Source of the DNA: Planctomycetota bacterium
Lineage (GTDB): Bacteria; Planctomycetota; SZUA-567; H5-PLA8
NCBI GenBank assembly: GCA_045863855.1
Contig: BTVV01000061.1
Coordinates: 1-34,495 of the forward strand
Direction of reading: 5' to 3'
DNA length: 34,495 nucleotides
Positions 1-8,668 of the stretch are shown in pieces. The notes beneath the pieces were generated by a model. The model saw nothing but the letters and a program-made list of their open reading frames with translations, was not told the origin of the DNA and made no database searches. The position numbers and the translations under genes were made by a program. Numbering within the stretch: the stretch's first letter is position 1; every line of letters begins with the position of its first letter.

Positions 1-46
<46 letters not shown>

Positions 47-295
47 CCGCCCGCCCCACCTCGCTCCGCGCACTTTTTTTCGATTTCGCTACCGTGCGCC
101 CCGGAGTGCATAGCGCGATTTTTTTGATGCACCTTGCGTGAATTTGATACGCAATGCGTCTCGATTTATAGCACAAATATAGCAGGAACGATTTTTTGCC
201 CCTCGTGCATCGGTGTACACTGTTTCGTGATGCACCTCGAAAGTCGAGTCCGGCCCACGCCGCCGGGCCGGCTCGAGGCCTCCAAAGGAGCCGCC

Positions 296-2224
296 ATGAA
301 CTGCGCCGACGCCCGGATCGCTCTCCTCTTCGCCCTGGCCACCTGCGCCGCCGGCGTCCACGCCGCATGGAGCGAAACTCAACCCAGGACCTCACTTACA
401 GCAACCGAGACGCCCGTTCGCGAGCCCGGCAAACTCGACAAGCCCGGCACGACCTACGTCCTGACCCAGGATATCCAAGCACCCGGCACCGTTTTTTTCC
501 TCGGCAAGGATATCGTCCTCGACCTGAACGGACACACAATCACTTACTGTGCCGGACCTTACGAGCACATCCCCAACCACGGCTTCGAGGACGGGTTGAA
601 GGGCTGGGACGTCTCCAAAGCCCCGAACGCCAAAGTGCTCAAAACCGCCGAGACGCTTCCGTTAGTCGGCGAACACCTCTGCAGCCTCCCCGGTGGCTCC
701 GAACTCGTCTCGCCCTACATTACAATCCCCGTGGCAAACAGGAGTTACTACGCCATGGTGGCGCTGGCCAAGCAGGAAATGCGCGTCAGCGTCGCCGTTG
801 ACGACGAGAAAGGTCAGCCCGTTCGCTGCATCTTCAAATTTGGGGCAAACGAGCGGCAGAGCTGCCCCGAGCCGAACCGTTCGCCTAAACTCGGTGGCGG
901 CTTCGTCTTCGCGCATCTTCACGGCCTGCCTGCGGGCAAGTACCGGCTAAAAATAAAGGCCGAGAACGATTGCCTGATCGATGAAGCCGATATCCGACCC
1001 GCGCTCGACGCCGGGGTGGCCGTCGTCGAGCAAGTCCTGCCCTGGGCGTACTATAAGTGCATCCTCGACGGCGACAGCACCGCTTTTTTCGACTGCTACG
1101 GGCGCGAAAAAGAGCTGCCCAACGTCACAGGCCCAGGCGTTATCTCAATCAAGAATGGGATCATAAAGGCTGGTTTTAAGGCTATTCGGACCTGGGGTCT
1201 CCAGTCCACCGCCAAGGACGTAAAGTTCAAAATCGAGAACGTAAAATTCATAGCTCAAGGGATTAATACGAACGCCATCGACGTCCCCGATGCCGATTTG
1301 ACCAATTGCCGCTTCGAGATCGATACGCCTTTTATTATCGATCGCCACCGCCAGCAGGACTATCCGGTCCATATCTCCAACGCTAAAGGCTCCATCATTC
1401 AAGGTTGCGAATGGGTCGGCGGGCAGGGCGGGCTCTCGATCAGCGGTTCCAACGCCGAGATCAAGGACAGCATCTTCCGTATAAAACAAACGGTGACCAA
1501 CCATTACTGCATCGGTCCCGGAGGCAACGGGCACCGGATTCATCACAACCTGTTCGAGCCCCAAATGGGCGCGGGCATCTACATCGGGCGCTCAAAAAAT
1601 GTAGAGGTTTTCGAGAACGAGTTCAAAATCGTTGCTTCGCCGCCTATTTGCGAATACGCGCATACCGACTACAGCGTCAGCGCCGTCCGCTTGAGCGACT
1701 ACAACGCCAAGCCCGGCAGCGGCAAAGGAGTTTGCGCCGATAACTCGGTCTACAAGAACAAGATACGGATCACCGGCCGCGATTACCCGCAGGCGCGAAC
1801 CTCGGCCTGGATGAAAAACTACCAGCCCCGCGCCTACGGATTCTTCATCTCCGTCGGCGGCGGAACCAACAAAGTGTACGAGAACGAGATCACCGTCGTT
1901 CACGAAGCGCCCGATTCGACCCATGCCGAAGCGTACGCCTTCTTCATCGGTGGAAGCGACAACGGCGGCGAGATTTACAAGAACCGCGTCAGCACCAACG
2001 TACCCGCCTTCTGGATCGCCAGCAGCTACGGCCCGGCTTCGAATACCAAGATCTTCGAGAACACGGTCATCCGCCCCGCCGACTGCACCCGCGAGTTCAA
2101 ACCCGTCCGCATGGGCTGCGGAAGCTTCCTCGCCTCGCAGATCGAATTCTCCGCTAACCGCTGGGAGAATCTGACCTTCGGAGTGGACGCCACGGACAAA
2201 CCGCATGTCTATAAGGTTCAATAG
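296..2224 (+). CDS. Secreted right-handed parallel beta-helix (pectin lyase-like) protein
   Basis: ATG at 296 follows AAGGAG (285-290). Signal peptide MNCADARIALLFALATCAAGVHA. 'PGTTYVLTQDI...IVLDLNGHTITY' and 'IPNHGFEDGLKGW' (CBM-like) segments, then Asn-rich beta-helix repeats (IHHNLF, VFENEF, VYKNKI, VYENEI, IYKNRV, IFENTV). Confidence 0.8.
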   Translation: MNCADARIALLFALATCAAGVHAAWSETQPRTSLTATETPVREPGKLDKPGTTYVLTQDIQAPGTVFFLGKDIVLDLNGHTITYCAGPYEHIPNHGFEDGLKGWDVSKAPNAKVLKTAETLPLVGEHLCSLPGGSELVSPYITIPVANRSYYAMVALAKQEMRVSVAVDDEKGQPVRCIFKFGANERQSCPEPNRSPKLGGGFVFAHLHGLPAGKYRLKIKAENDCLIDEADIRPALDAGVAVVEQVLPWAYYKCILDGDSTAFFDCYGREKELPNVTGPGVISIKNGIIKAGFKAIRTWGLQSTAKDVKFKIENVKFIAQGINTNAIDVPDADLTNCRFEIDTPFIIDRHRQQDYPVHISNAKGSIIQGCEWVGGQGGLSISGSNAEIKDSIFRIKQTVTNHYCIGPGGNGHRIHHNLFEPQMGAGIYIGRSKNVEVFENEFKIVASPPICEYAHTDYSVSAVRLSDYNAKPGSGKGVCADNSVYKNKIRITGRDYPQARTSAWMKNYQPRAYGFFISVGGGTNKVYENEITVVHEAPDSTHAEAYAFFIGGSDNGGEIYKNRVSTNVPAFWIASSYGPASNTKIFENTVIRPADCTREFKPVRMGCGSFLASQIEFSANRWENLTFGVDATDKPHVYKVQ

Positions 2225-2265
2225 CCACGCTGGAAGTTTCGCGTTTCAGGCGGCATGCTTAGGCC

Positions 2266-3024
2266 ATGCCGCTGACGATCGTCACGCATAACCTCTTCTG
2301 GCTCCAAGGCGCGCCCTTCGAAGGCACCGATCCCGGCGCCGCGCACCCCGAGATCCTGGCCGCCTTGGCCGAGTGCTACCGTCCCTTGGAGCCCGATGTG
2401 GTCTGCGTACAGGAACTTCAATCCGAGTCGGCGTTTAGCCAGTTCGCAAACGCGCTGGAACGCGACGGCTTTTACTGCGCCGGGAACGCGCACCGCGCCT
2501 ACGGCGGCGCGATCCTCTTTCGCCACGGCCGCTTTGTCGCGCAGTCCGTCCAGACCGCCATCGCCGCCGAGCGCTTCTGGATGAAGATCGAACTCACGGC
2601 CGGCGCTTGGGATGGCTTGATCGTGGCGAACGCGCACTTGCCTTCCGGGCGCCAGACGACGCCCGACGAAGCGCGCCGCCGGCGCCTCGACGAACTGACC
2701 GCGCTGGTTTCGCATCTCCCGCGCCCCGACGTGGTTACGGGAGACTTCAACGAACCGCCCGGAGGCTCGGCGCACGAACTGATGTCCAGCCTCGGCTATA
2801 TCGACGCAGCCCTGCCCAGCGGCGCCGGAGCCATCGGCACCAACGCCGCCGGCCGGAATCGGCGCATCGATTACATCTGGCTCGACCGTAAACTCGCCCC
2901 CGCGCTCGCTAGCTACGAAGTGCTGCCGGCCGAACGACTTGCCGATCCCAGCGGAAAGAAGAAGTTCCTCAGCGACCATCTGCCCGTCATCGCCCGGCTG
3001 AAGTCCGTCGAGCCGCGGAGCTGA
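2266..3024 (+). CDS. Endonuclease/exonuclease/phosphatase (EEP) family protein
   Basis: Full EEP motif set: THNL, DVVCVQE, NAHL, TGDFN, RIDYIW, SDHLPV. Confidence 0.9.
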   Translation: MPLTIVTHNLFWLQGAPFEGTDPGAAHPEILAALAECYRPLEPDVVCVQELQSESAFSQFANALERDGFYCAGNAHRAYGGAILFRHGRFVAQSVQTAIAAERFWMKIELTAGAWDGLIVANAHLPSGRQTTPDEARRRRLDELTALVSHLPRPDVVTGDFNEPPGGSAHELMSSLGYIDAALPSGAGAIGTNAAGRNRRIDYIWLDRKLAPALASYEVLPAERLADPSGKKKFLSDHLPVIARLKSVEPRS

Positions 3025-3028
3025 ACTC

Positions 3029-4054
3029 GTGAACCCGAACCATCCGCTGCAGGCGGAACTCGATGCGCAGCGCCGCCGCACGGCCATCTTCGGGCTCGTC
3101 GCCTGTAACCTCTTTTGGGGCTGGTCCTTCCCCGCGATGCAGTTGGCCCAAACCGCGCTGACCGAACACCTGCCCGATGCGCAACGCGATTCGCTTGGCG
3201 GCGCGCTTGCCGTGGCCGGAGCATTCATCGGCTGGCGCTTTCTGGCCGCGGCGGTCTTGTACGCGCTCTTCAGCATCCGCCACCAGCACGGCTTCACAAA
3301 GGCCGATGTCTTCGGCGGTTGCAGCACGGGATTGTGCTTTACGCTGGGCCTGTTCTTGCAACTGGTCGGCCTGCGCTTCACGCCGCCGTCCGTTTCGGGC
3401 TTTCTGACCGCGCTCGTGGTCATCTTAGTCCCGCTGGCGCAGCGCTTTGTGTTCCGCCAAGCGCTGCCGCCCGGGATCTGGCCGGGCATCGGTCTGGCGC
3501 TAAGTGGAATGGCGGTGCTCAGTTGGAGCGGCGAAAGCGCCCTCACTTCGCGCATCGAGCCGCCCTGGCCGCTCTTCGGCGAGACGCTCACCGTACTGGG
3601 TTCGCTGGCCTTCACGGGGCAGATACTGTGCCTGGACCGCTTCGGCAAAGCGGCCCACCCGGCGCGCTTAAGCTCGATCATGTTTGGAGTTACCGCGCTG
3701 GCGGGGCTGCTGATCGGCCTCCTGAGCGCCGGCGGGGGTGCGCTCTTCCAGCCCTCCGGGCTGGCCGAAATCGCCGCCGATCGGACCGTCCAGTGGACCT
3801 TCCTCTCGGTGGTTATCTTCAGCTCCGGCTTGGCCTTCCACCTGATGAACACGCACCAGCCGCGCCTCCCGGCCTCGTTGGCCGGGGTGCTCTACGGGCT
3901 CGAACCCGTCTTCGCGACGCTCTTTTCGCTGCTGTTACAGACCGACGACCCGCGTCCGAACCTGTTTATCGGTGGTGCGCTGGTCTTTATGGCGATTCTG
4001 GTGGTCACCCGCCCGGCGCCCCGCGTCTTGGAATCGTCGGCTTCCACGGGTTGA
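3029..4054 (+). CDS. DMT/EamA family transporter
   Basis: About 10 hydrophobic segments. 'LFWGWSFP', 'WRFLAA', 'GLRFTPPSVSGFLT' and 'LEPVFATLFS' are typical of EamA repeats. Starts 4 bp after the EEP stop. Confidence 0.9.
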   Translation: MNPNHPLQAELDAQRRRTAIFGLVACNLFWGWSFPAMQLAQTALTEHLPDAQRDSLGGALAVAGAFIGWRFLAAAVLYALFSIRHQHGFTKADVFGGCSTGLCFTLGLFLQLVGLRFTPPSVSGFLTALVVILVPLAQRFVFRQALPPGIWPGIGLALSGMAVLSWSGESALTSRIEPPWPLFGETLTVLGSLAFTGQILCLDRFGKAAHPARLSSIMFGVTALAGLLIGLLSAGGGALFQPSGLAEIAADRTVQWTFLSVVIFSSGLAFHLMNTHQPRLPASLAGVLYGLEPVFATLFSLLLQTDDPRPNLFIGGALVFMAILVVTRPAPRVLESSASTG

Positions 4055-4079
4055 CAGAAATTGAAGCGTTAAATACACT
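4051..4079 (+). promoter_or_regulatory. Sigma70-type promoter TTGACA-N17-TACACT
   Basis: Perfect -35 TTGACA (4051-4056, overlapping the EamA stop codon), 17-bp spacer, -10 TACACT (4074-4079), followed by an AGGAG RBS at 4105-4109. Confidence 0.75.
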
Positions 4080-4116
4080 CCTGTACTTGTCTTAGCCAAA
4101 GCGTAGGAGAGTTGCG

Positions 4117-4416
4117 TTGAGCGACCGTGGGGACGACGCGCCCGCGCGCGGGGATGCGTCGTTGGACGCGGCGCCTGAAGCGTTCCTGAAGCACCTGGAG
4201 CCGTTCGAGCGGGTGCTGCTGGACCTGAAGGAACAGCTTTACGAAGGTTCGTGGGACCGGATTCTCGCGGACCTGCGCGCGCGGCTGGACGGTCAGCCGT
4301 ACATCTACAAGCTGGGACAGACGATAGCGCGGGACATCGCGGCGATCGAGAAAATGCGCGCGTACGAACGGCTGCATGGCGTGAACTTGGCCGAACGATT
4401 GAAATCTTCGAAATGA
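4117..4416 (+). CDS. Small helical hypothetical protein (99 aa)
   Basis: TTG start 7 nt after AGGAG. Host-like codon usage. Amphipathic sequence LKEQLYEGSWDRILADLRARLDGQPYIYKL. Confidence 0.75.
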   Translation: MSDRGDDAPARGDASLDAAPEAFLKHLEPFERVLLDLKEQLYEGSWDRILADLRARLDGQPYIYKLGQTIARDIAAIEKMRAYERLHGVNLAERLKSSK

Positions 4417-4462
4417 GTTCCACGCGCGGCTTGCGCCGCGGGTTGCGAGAGGAGCAAGAACG

Positions 4463-5857
4463 ATGACCGGCATGCGACGGCAAGGGAAGCACGGAATGGG
4501 CGGGATCCTCGCGTTGCTGGGGGTGCTGATCGCTTGCGCCGCGCCGGCGGCGTTCGCGCAGCGCGAAGAGCAGCTTCTGGTTTCCTCGGAGATCGAAGGA
4601 CGCAAAGTGGTGCTGCCACCGGGCTTGGCGCTCGAACTCGAATGGTACAGCCCCGTCGTCGACGCCTCGAAGGCCGGCCTGATCGTCCGCGGCTGGGTGG
4701 ACGAAGAGTTCGTCCTGCTCGAGACCGACAAGCTGAACCTGATCTGCGTGAACCGCAAAGACGGCACCGAAAACTGGCGCCTGGTGCTGGAGCAGCCGCT
4801 GCGCTATCAGCCCGAAGTCACGCGCAACAACGTCATCGTCAACGTCAACAACTTCCTCGTGGCCGTCGAGAAACGCACGGGTGAAGTGCGTTGGCGCCTG
4901 CTGCCGAAGTTCGTCATGAGCACGCCGCCGCTGGTCTTCGATCCGCCGGCGTACAAAGCCGAATACACGCGCGAATGGCAGAACATGGAAAGCGTTTACA
5001 CGGGCGCGTGGGAAGGCCGCATTCACGGCATGTCCGTACGGGGCCGGCTGGAACAGTACAGCCCGTCGCTCGCCGCGCCGCAGTTCGATATCTACTACAA
5101 CTGGCACAAGACGCACGTGACCCGCGGCATCATCTCCACGCCGCTCAAGCTGTACGACGATGCCATCTACTACTCCGCCGACGACTCGCAGGTTTACGCC
5201 GTGACTCGCGACGGAGAAGTGCGCACGCCCTACAAGCTCCAGGGGGCGCCCTGCACGAACCTCGCCGTCGACTCGCTGAACGTGTACGTCGGAGCGCGCG
5301 ATTACTACTTCTACGCGTTGGATCGCCTGACGCTCCAGAAGAAGTGGGCCTACCCCTCCGGCGGCCTGATGCAGGGAAACATTTACGCCGACGAGCCGGT
5401 TAAGGAGAGCTTCGTGTACGTGCCGACCGTGGCCGACGGGATCCACGCGCTCAGCGTTCAGCGCGCCACGGGCGGTGGGCAGAGCAGCCTCGTCACCCCC
5501 GAGTCGTACCAGTTGGCCTGGAAGGCGCCGGGCACGCACGGGGTCGTCAGCGCCAGCGAAAAGGTCGTTTACTTGGGCAAGAATCCGACCAAGGATTTCG
5601 CCGGCTACACCACGCTCGTCGCCGTGGACAAGGCCTCCGGCAAGGTGCTGTGGGAGACCGAGTCGGCCAAGAAGGAAGGTGCGCGGTTCTACATCGAGTT
5701 CCACAATGCGTGGCGCCGTGACGACCAGCAGATGCGCATCTTCGCGGTGACGGCCGACAACCGCCTGCTCAGCTTCCGCGAAAAGCGCGCGCTGTACGGT
5801 CCGATGGCCGAGAAGGTAGAAAAGACCGCCGCGCCGGCGGCGCCGGAAAAGAAGTAA
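4463..5857 (+). CDS. Secreted PQQ-binding-like beta-propeller protein (BamB-like fold)
   Basis: GAGGAG RBS. Signal peptide ending in AFA. Repeated propeller motifs VNRKDGTENWR, AVEKRTGEVRWR, ALDRLTLQKKWAY, AVDKASGKVLWE. Confidence 0.85.
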   Translation: MTGMRRQGKHGMGGILALLGVLIACAAPAAFAQREEQLLVSSEIEGRKVVLPPGLALELEWYSPVVDASKAGLIVRGWVDEEFVLLETDKLNLICVNRKDGTENWRLVLEQPLRYQPEVTRNNVIVNVNNFLVAVEKRTGEVRWRLLPKFVMSTPPLVFDPPAYKAEYTREWQNMESVYTGAWEGRIHGMSVRGRLEQYSPSLAAPQFDIYYNWHKTHVTRGIISTPLKLYDDAIYYSADDSQVYAVTRDGEVRTPYKLQGAPCTNLAVDSLNVYVGARDYYFYALDRLTLQKKWAYPSGGLMQGNIYADEPVKESFVYVPTVADGIHALSVQRATGGGQSSLVTPESYQLAWKAPGTHGVVSASEKVVYLGKNPTKDFAGYTTLVAVDKASGKVLWETESAKKEGARFYIEFHNAWRRDDQQMRIFAVTADNRLLSFREKRALYGPMAEKVEKTAAPAAPEKK

Positions 5858-5887
5858 GCGCCTCACCGGACGCGAGAAATGCCATCC

Positions 5888-5913
5888 AGCCCCGCGCAAG
5901 CGGGGTTTTTTTT
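5888..5913 (+). terminator. Rho-independent terminator
   Basis: AGCCCCGC-GCAA-GCGGGGTT hairpin running into a T8 tract, 30 bp after the propeller gene stop. Confidence 0.85.
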
Positions 5914-5943
5914 ATACGCCGTGCAAGTCCCGTGTAGCGCGCA

Positions 5944-6279
5944 TCAGGCCGATTCGGCGGGCTTGCGCGGGCCTTTGCCCAAGTGATGCAGAATCAGGCG
6001 CTCGACGGGCTTTCCGCCCAGCAGGTGCTGTTCGACGATCTCGGGAATATCGCGCAACTTCACACCGTAGTACCAGACGCCTTCCGGATACACGACCATG
6101 TTGGGACCCAAGCCGCATTGCGCGAGGCACAGGGTCTTGGTGAGTTTCACTTTCTTCTCGTACTCGTCGCCGAGCTTATCCCGGAGCAGTTGATGCAGCT
6201 TCAGCCGCAGCGCGAAGGGATCGCCTTCGGCGCAGGTGGTGCTGGTGCAGATGAATACGTGTCGCGAATAATCTTCCAC
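5944..6279 (-). CDS. Thioredoxin-like (2Fe-2S) ferredoxin
   Basis: HVFICTSTTC...CLAQCGLGPNMVVYPEGVWYYGV...EIVEQHLLGGKPVERL is the characteristic signature, with four Cys. Confidence 0.92.
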   Translation of the reverse strand: MEDYSRHVFICTSTTCAEGDPFALRLKLHQLLRDKLGDEYEKKVKLTKTLCLAQCGLGPNMVVYPEGVWYYGVKLRDIPEIVEQHLLGGKPVERLILHHLGKGPRKPAESA

Positions 6280-6358
6280 GCGGAAGCGCTCCGGCCGTGC
6301 TGCTTAAAGTATCGTGGAATTGCGTGCGACTTGCCAGCGCGGGCAGGCGCTAGCCAGA

Positions 6359-7054
6359 TCAATATTCCTGCACGCGGCGGACCAAGCGGTGCATGACGCG
6401 GACCTGTTCGCGGGGGATACGCTTCTCGGGGCTGTCCGGATCGGCCGCGGCGAGCCGCAAGGGCGCGTCCCCGCGGTCGAAGTGGACCTGGCGAAAGACT
6501 TGCATCGTATCGGTCTGAATCAGTGCGAAATCGCCCGAAGCCACTTCGGGTTCGTCCGCGAAGATCAGCACCTCGCCTTCGCGAAAGCCGGCGCGTCCGC
6601 CCGCCATACTCGCATCGTTCATCCGCAGCCCGAAAGCGCGGCCCTCGACGGGCAGCAACTGGAGCGTGAGGTTTGCCTTGCCGATCGGAAAGCCGGAGGC
6701 GTCGAATTCGAGGCGCTCGCCATCTTCAAGCTGGAACAGCGGGATGGCGGTGAGCTTGCCCGAAAAAAGCTGCCCGGCGTTACGCGGCGTCATTGCCGCG
6801 CCCCACTTCGCTTCCGCTTCGCGGACCTTGGTCTCGCTGAGCAGATCGCGCAGCTCGAGATCCAATGCCATGGCGACCTTCTCGAGCGTCGAGCGCCGCG
6901 GAACCACGAGACCGTTTTCGATGCGCGAAAGGTTGGGCTGTTTGAGTCCCGTCAGGGAGGCGAGTTCCGATTGGCGCATGCCCCGCTCCTTGCGGAGCAA
7001 ATGGATCACGCGGCCTACATAACGGTGTACGGGCGGTGGGCTCTCTTTGGCCAT
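6359..7054 (-). CDS. XRE-family HTH regulator with C-terminal S24 (LexA/cI-like) domain, apparently catalytically degenerate
   Basis: N-terminal HTH LRKERGMRQSELASLTGLKQPNLSRIENG. The C-terminal 'AFGLRMNDASM...FREGEVLIFAD...SGDFALI...VFRQV' follows the S24 pattern. ATG at 7054 is preferred over the ORF-track GTG at 7096. Confidence 0.85.
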   Translation of the reverse strand: MAKESPPPVHRYVGRVIHLLRKERGMRQSELASLTGLKQPNLSRIENGLVVPRRSTLEKVAMALDLELRDLLSETKVREAEAKWGAAMTPRNAGQLFSGKLTAIPLFQLEDGERLEFDASGFPIGKANLTLQLLPVEGRAFGLRMNDASMAGGRAGFREGEVLIFADEPEVASGDFALIQTDTMQVFRQVHFDRGDAPLRLAAADPDSPEKRIPREQVRVMHRLVRRVQEY

Positions 7055-7087
7055 GCTCGCGCGCTTGTCTGAAAGTAAAGTAAGGTC

Positions 7088-7275
7088 GTTGACCACGGGC
7101 TCAACATATCAAATGCACGCCGCGAAGGAAAGGCATGTGATATGGAAAATATCGAAATCGACGATAAATGCCGGAGACAATAAATCAATTGCACGGTGCA
7201 ACCGAACATGAATTGAAATCACGCGTGCAATGCACTCATGCAATGCGGGCGAGACGGAAGACTTGAACGGTCAAG
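7088..7275. promoter_or_regulatory. Palindrome-rich AT-rich control region upstream of the XRE gene
   Basis: GTTGA-N8-TCAAC (7088-7105); CATATCAAATGC-N16-GCATGTGATATG (7105-7144, 11/12 inverted match); TTGCAC-G-GTGCAA (7189-7201); GTGCA-A-TGCAC (7225-7235); CTTGA-ACGG-TCAAG (7262-7275). Minus-strand TTGAGC-N16-TACTTT promoter candidate. Confidence 0.55.
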
Positions 7276-7342
7276 GCGCGCGTCGGCGAAGTGCGGTTTA
7301 TAGAGCGAAAAGGGGACGGCGGAACATGAAAAGCCGGCGTGG

Positions 7343-7750
7343 CTAGAGCCGTCCGATCTCGAAAATCATCTGCTCGAGTTCGGTTAATTTGTTCTGAATT
7401 TCAATCTTGAATTCGTTGTTCGCCGGCGCCTTTTCCTTCGTGTACTCGATCTTGGTGGGGCTCACGTTCGCATACAGCGCTTTGTAGCGGCGGTTGATGG
7501 TGAAGCGGACAGGCTTGAATTTGGGCACTAAATTCGGCGCGGGCGGCGCGTCGAGCGACTCGATGGCCGCACCCGGAAAATGAACGACCCACGGGAACTT
7601 CGTACCGTAGTACGTCTGGCCTTCACCGTGTACATCCAGCGTCTTGCCGCGATATTCTTCGAAATCGGCCGGCAAGGCGACCGTGATATGCATGATCAAG
7701 GGCTCAAACCTTTCGTTACGCGTCCGCACGTCTCCGTGAAGAGACGCCAC
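7343..7750 (-). CDS. Hypothetical protein (135 aa)
   Basis: Protein-like composition and GC3 bias. Preceded by an extended -10-like TGnTATATT (7769-7777). No recognisable family. Confidence 0.7.
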   Translation of the reverse strand: MASLHGDVRTRNERFEPLIMHITVALPADFEEYRGKTLDVHGEGQTYYGTKFPWVVHFPGAAIESLDAPPAPNLVPKFKPVRFTINRRYKALYANVSPTKIEYTKEKAPANNEFKIEIQNKLTELEQMIFEIGRL

Positions 7751-7820
7751 GTCCAGTCACATGCTTGAAATATATCACAATCCCCGGCATCGGGGAAATA
7801 GCGGTCGCACAGGTGCGTCT

Positions 7821-8654
7821 TCAGCGTGCGTAAAGCGCCGGGCGACGGCGCTTCCAGGTAAATGCGCGGAGGTTCACCTTCGGCCAGCGGCCGTGCCAGA
7901 CCGGCGAACGAACCGGCGGATCGAGATCGATCTCGGCGCTCAGCACCTTGGCGCCGTAGGCGGTCTTGGCGAGCACGCGGCCAAACCCGTCCACGATACC
8001 CGCGCCGCAACCGGTGCTTTTGCTCCCGCGTTCGAAGGTGTAGCTCGAGAAGATCAGCGGCGCGTGATTTTCGATCGCCCGCGCGCGCGCCAGCGTGAAG
8101 AAAGCGTCCGAATTGCCCGCGGTGGGCACGACCAGAAACCGCGCGCCGCGCGCGACCTGCGTGCGCGCCAGTTCGGGAAAGTGAACCTCGTAGCAGGTAA
8201 TCACCCCCGCCAGGCCCAGTTCGGTGGGCAGGGGAGCGATCCGGCCGCCGGCCGCGATCCCGCCTTCGGGGCCTTCGTCCGGCGCCAGATGCGTCTTGGC
8301 GTATGTGCCCAGCACCTTGCCGCGCGAATCGACGGAGACGGTGAGATTCAAGAGTTTCTTGCCCGACCACGCGCACTGACCGTACAGCACACCGATCCGG
8401 CCGCGTGCGGCTTCGGCGCGAATCAAATCGGCGAAGGCGCCTTCCGGAAAGCGTGCCGCGAGGCGTTTGTGCGGACGGTCGGGCAGGGTTACCGCTTCGT
8501 GCGTGCGCTGCACGTCCACGTATTCGGGAAAACAGACCAGCTTCGCGCCGGCCGCGGCCGCCGAACGGATCGATTTCCGGACCTGCGCCTGGCGCTGGGC
8601 GAGCGTGACGAGCTTCATCGGGATCGGCGCGACGGCGACGTGGGTCATGCGCAT
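7821..8654 (-). CDS. Carbon-nitrogen hydrolase (nitrilase superfamily)
   Basis: Catalytic triad motifs LVCFPEY (Glu), YAKTHL (Lys), ITCYEVHFPE (Cys), plus ARARAIEN. ATG 8654 with a GAAGGAG RBS overlapping the upstream radical SAM stop. Confidence 0.9.
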   Translation of the reverse strand: MRMTHVAVAPIPMKLVTLAQRQAQVRKSIRSAAAAGAKLVCFPEYVDVQRTHEAVTLPDRPHKRLAARFPEGAFADLIRAEAARGRIGVLYGQCAWSGKKLLNLTVSVDSRGKVLGTYAKTHLAPDEGPEGGIAAGGRIAPLPTELGLAGVITCYEVHFPELARTQVARGARFLVVPTAGNSDAFFTLARARAIENHAPLIFSSYTFERGSKSTGCGAGIVDGFGRVLAKTAYGAKVLSAEIDLDPPVRSPVWHGRWPKVNLRAFTWKRRRPALYAR

Positions 8655-8668
8655 GCCGGGGTACTCCT

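Noticed and set aside
6359..7343. Prophage immunity region suggested by the cI-like gene
   Set aside because: No divergent cro-like gene, integrase, att site or phage structural gene in the window.
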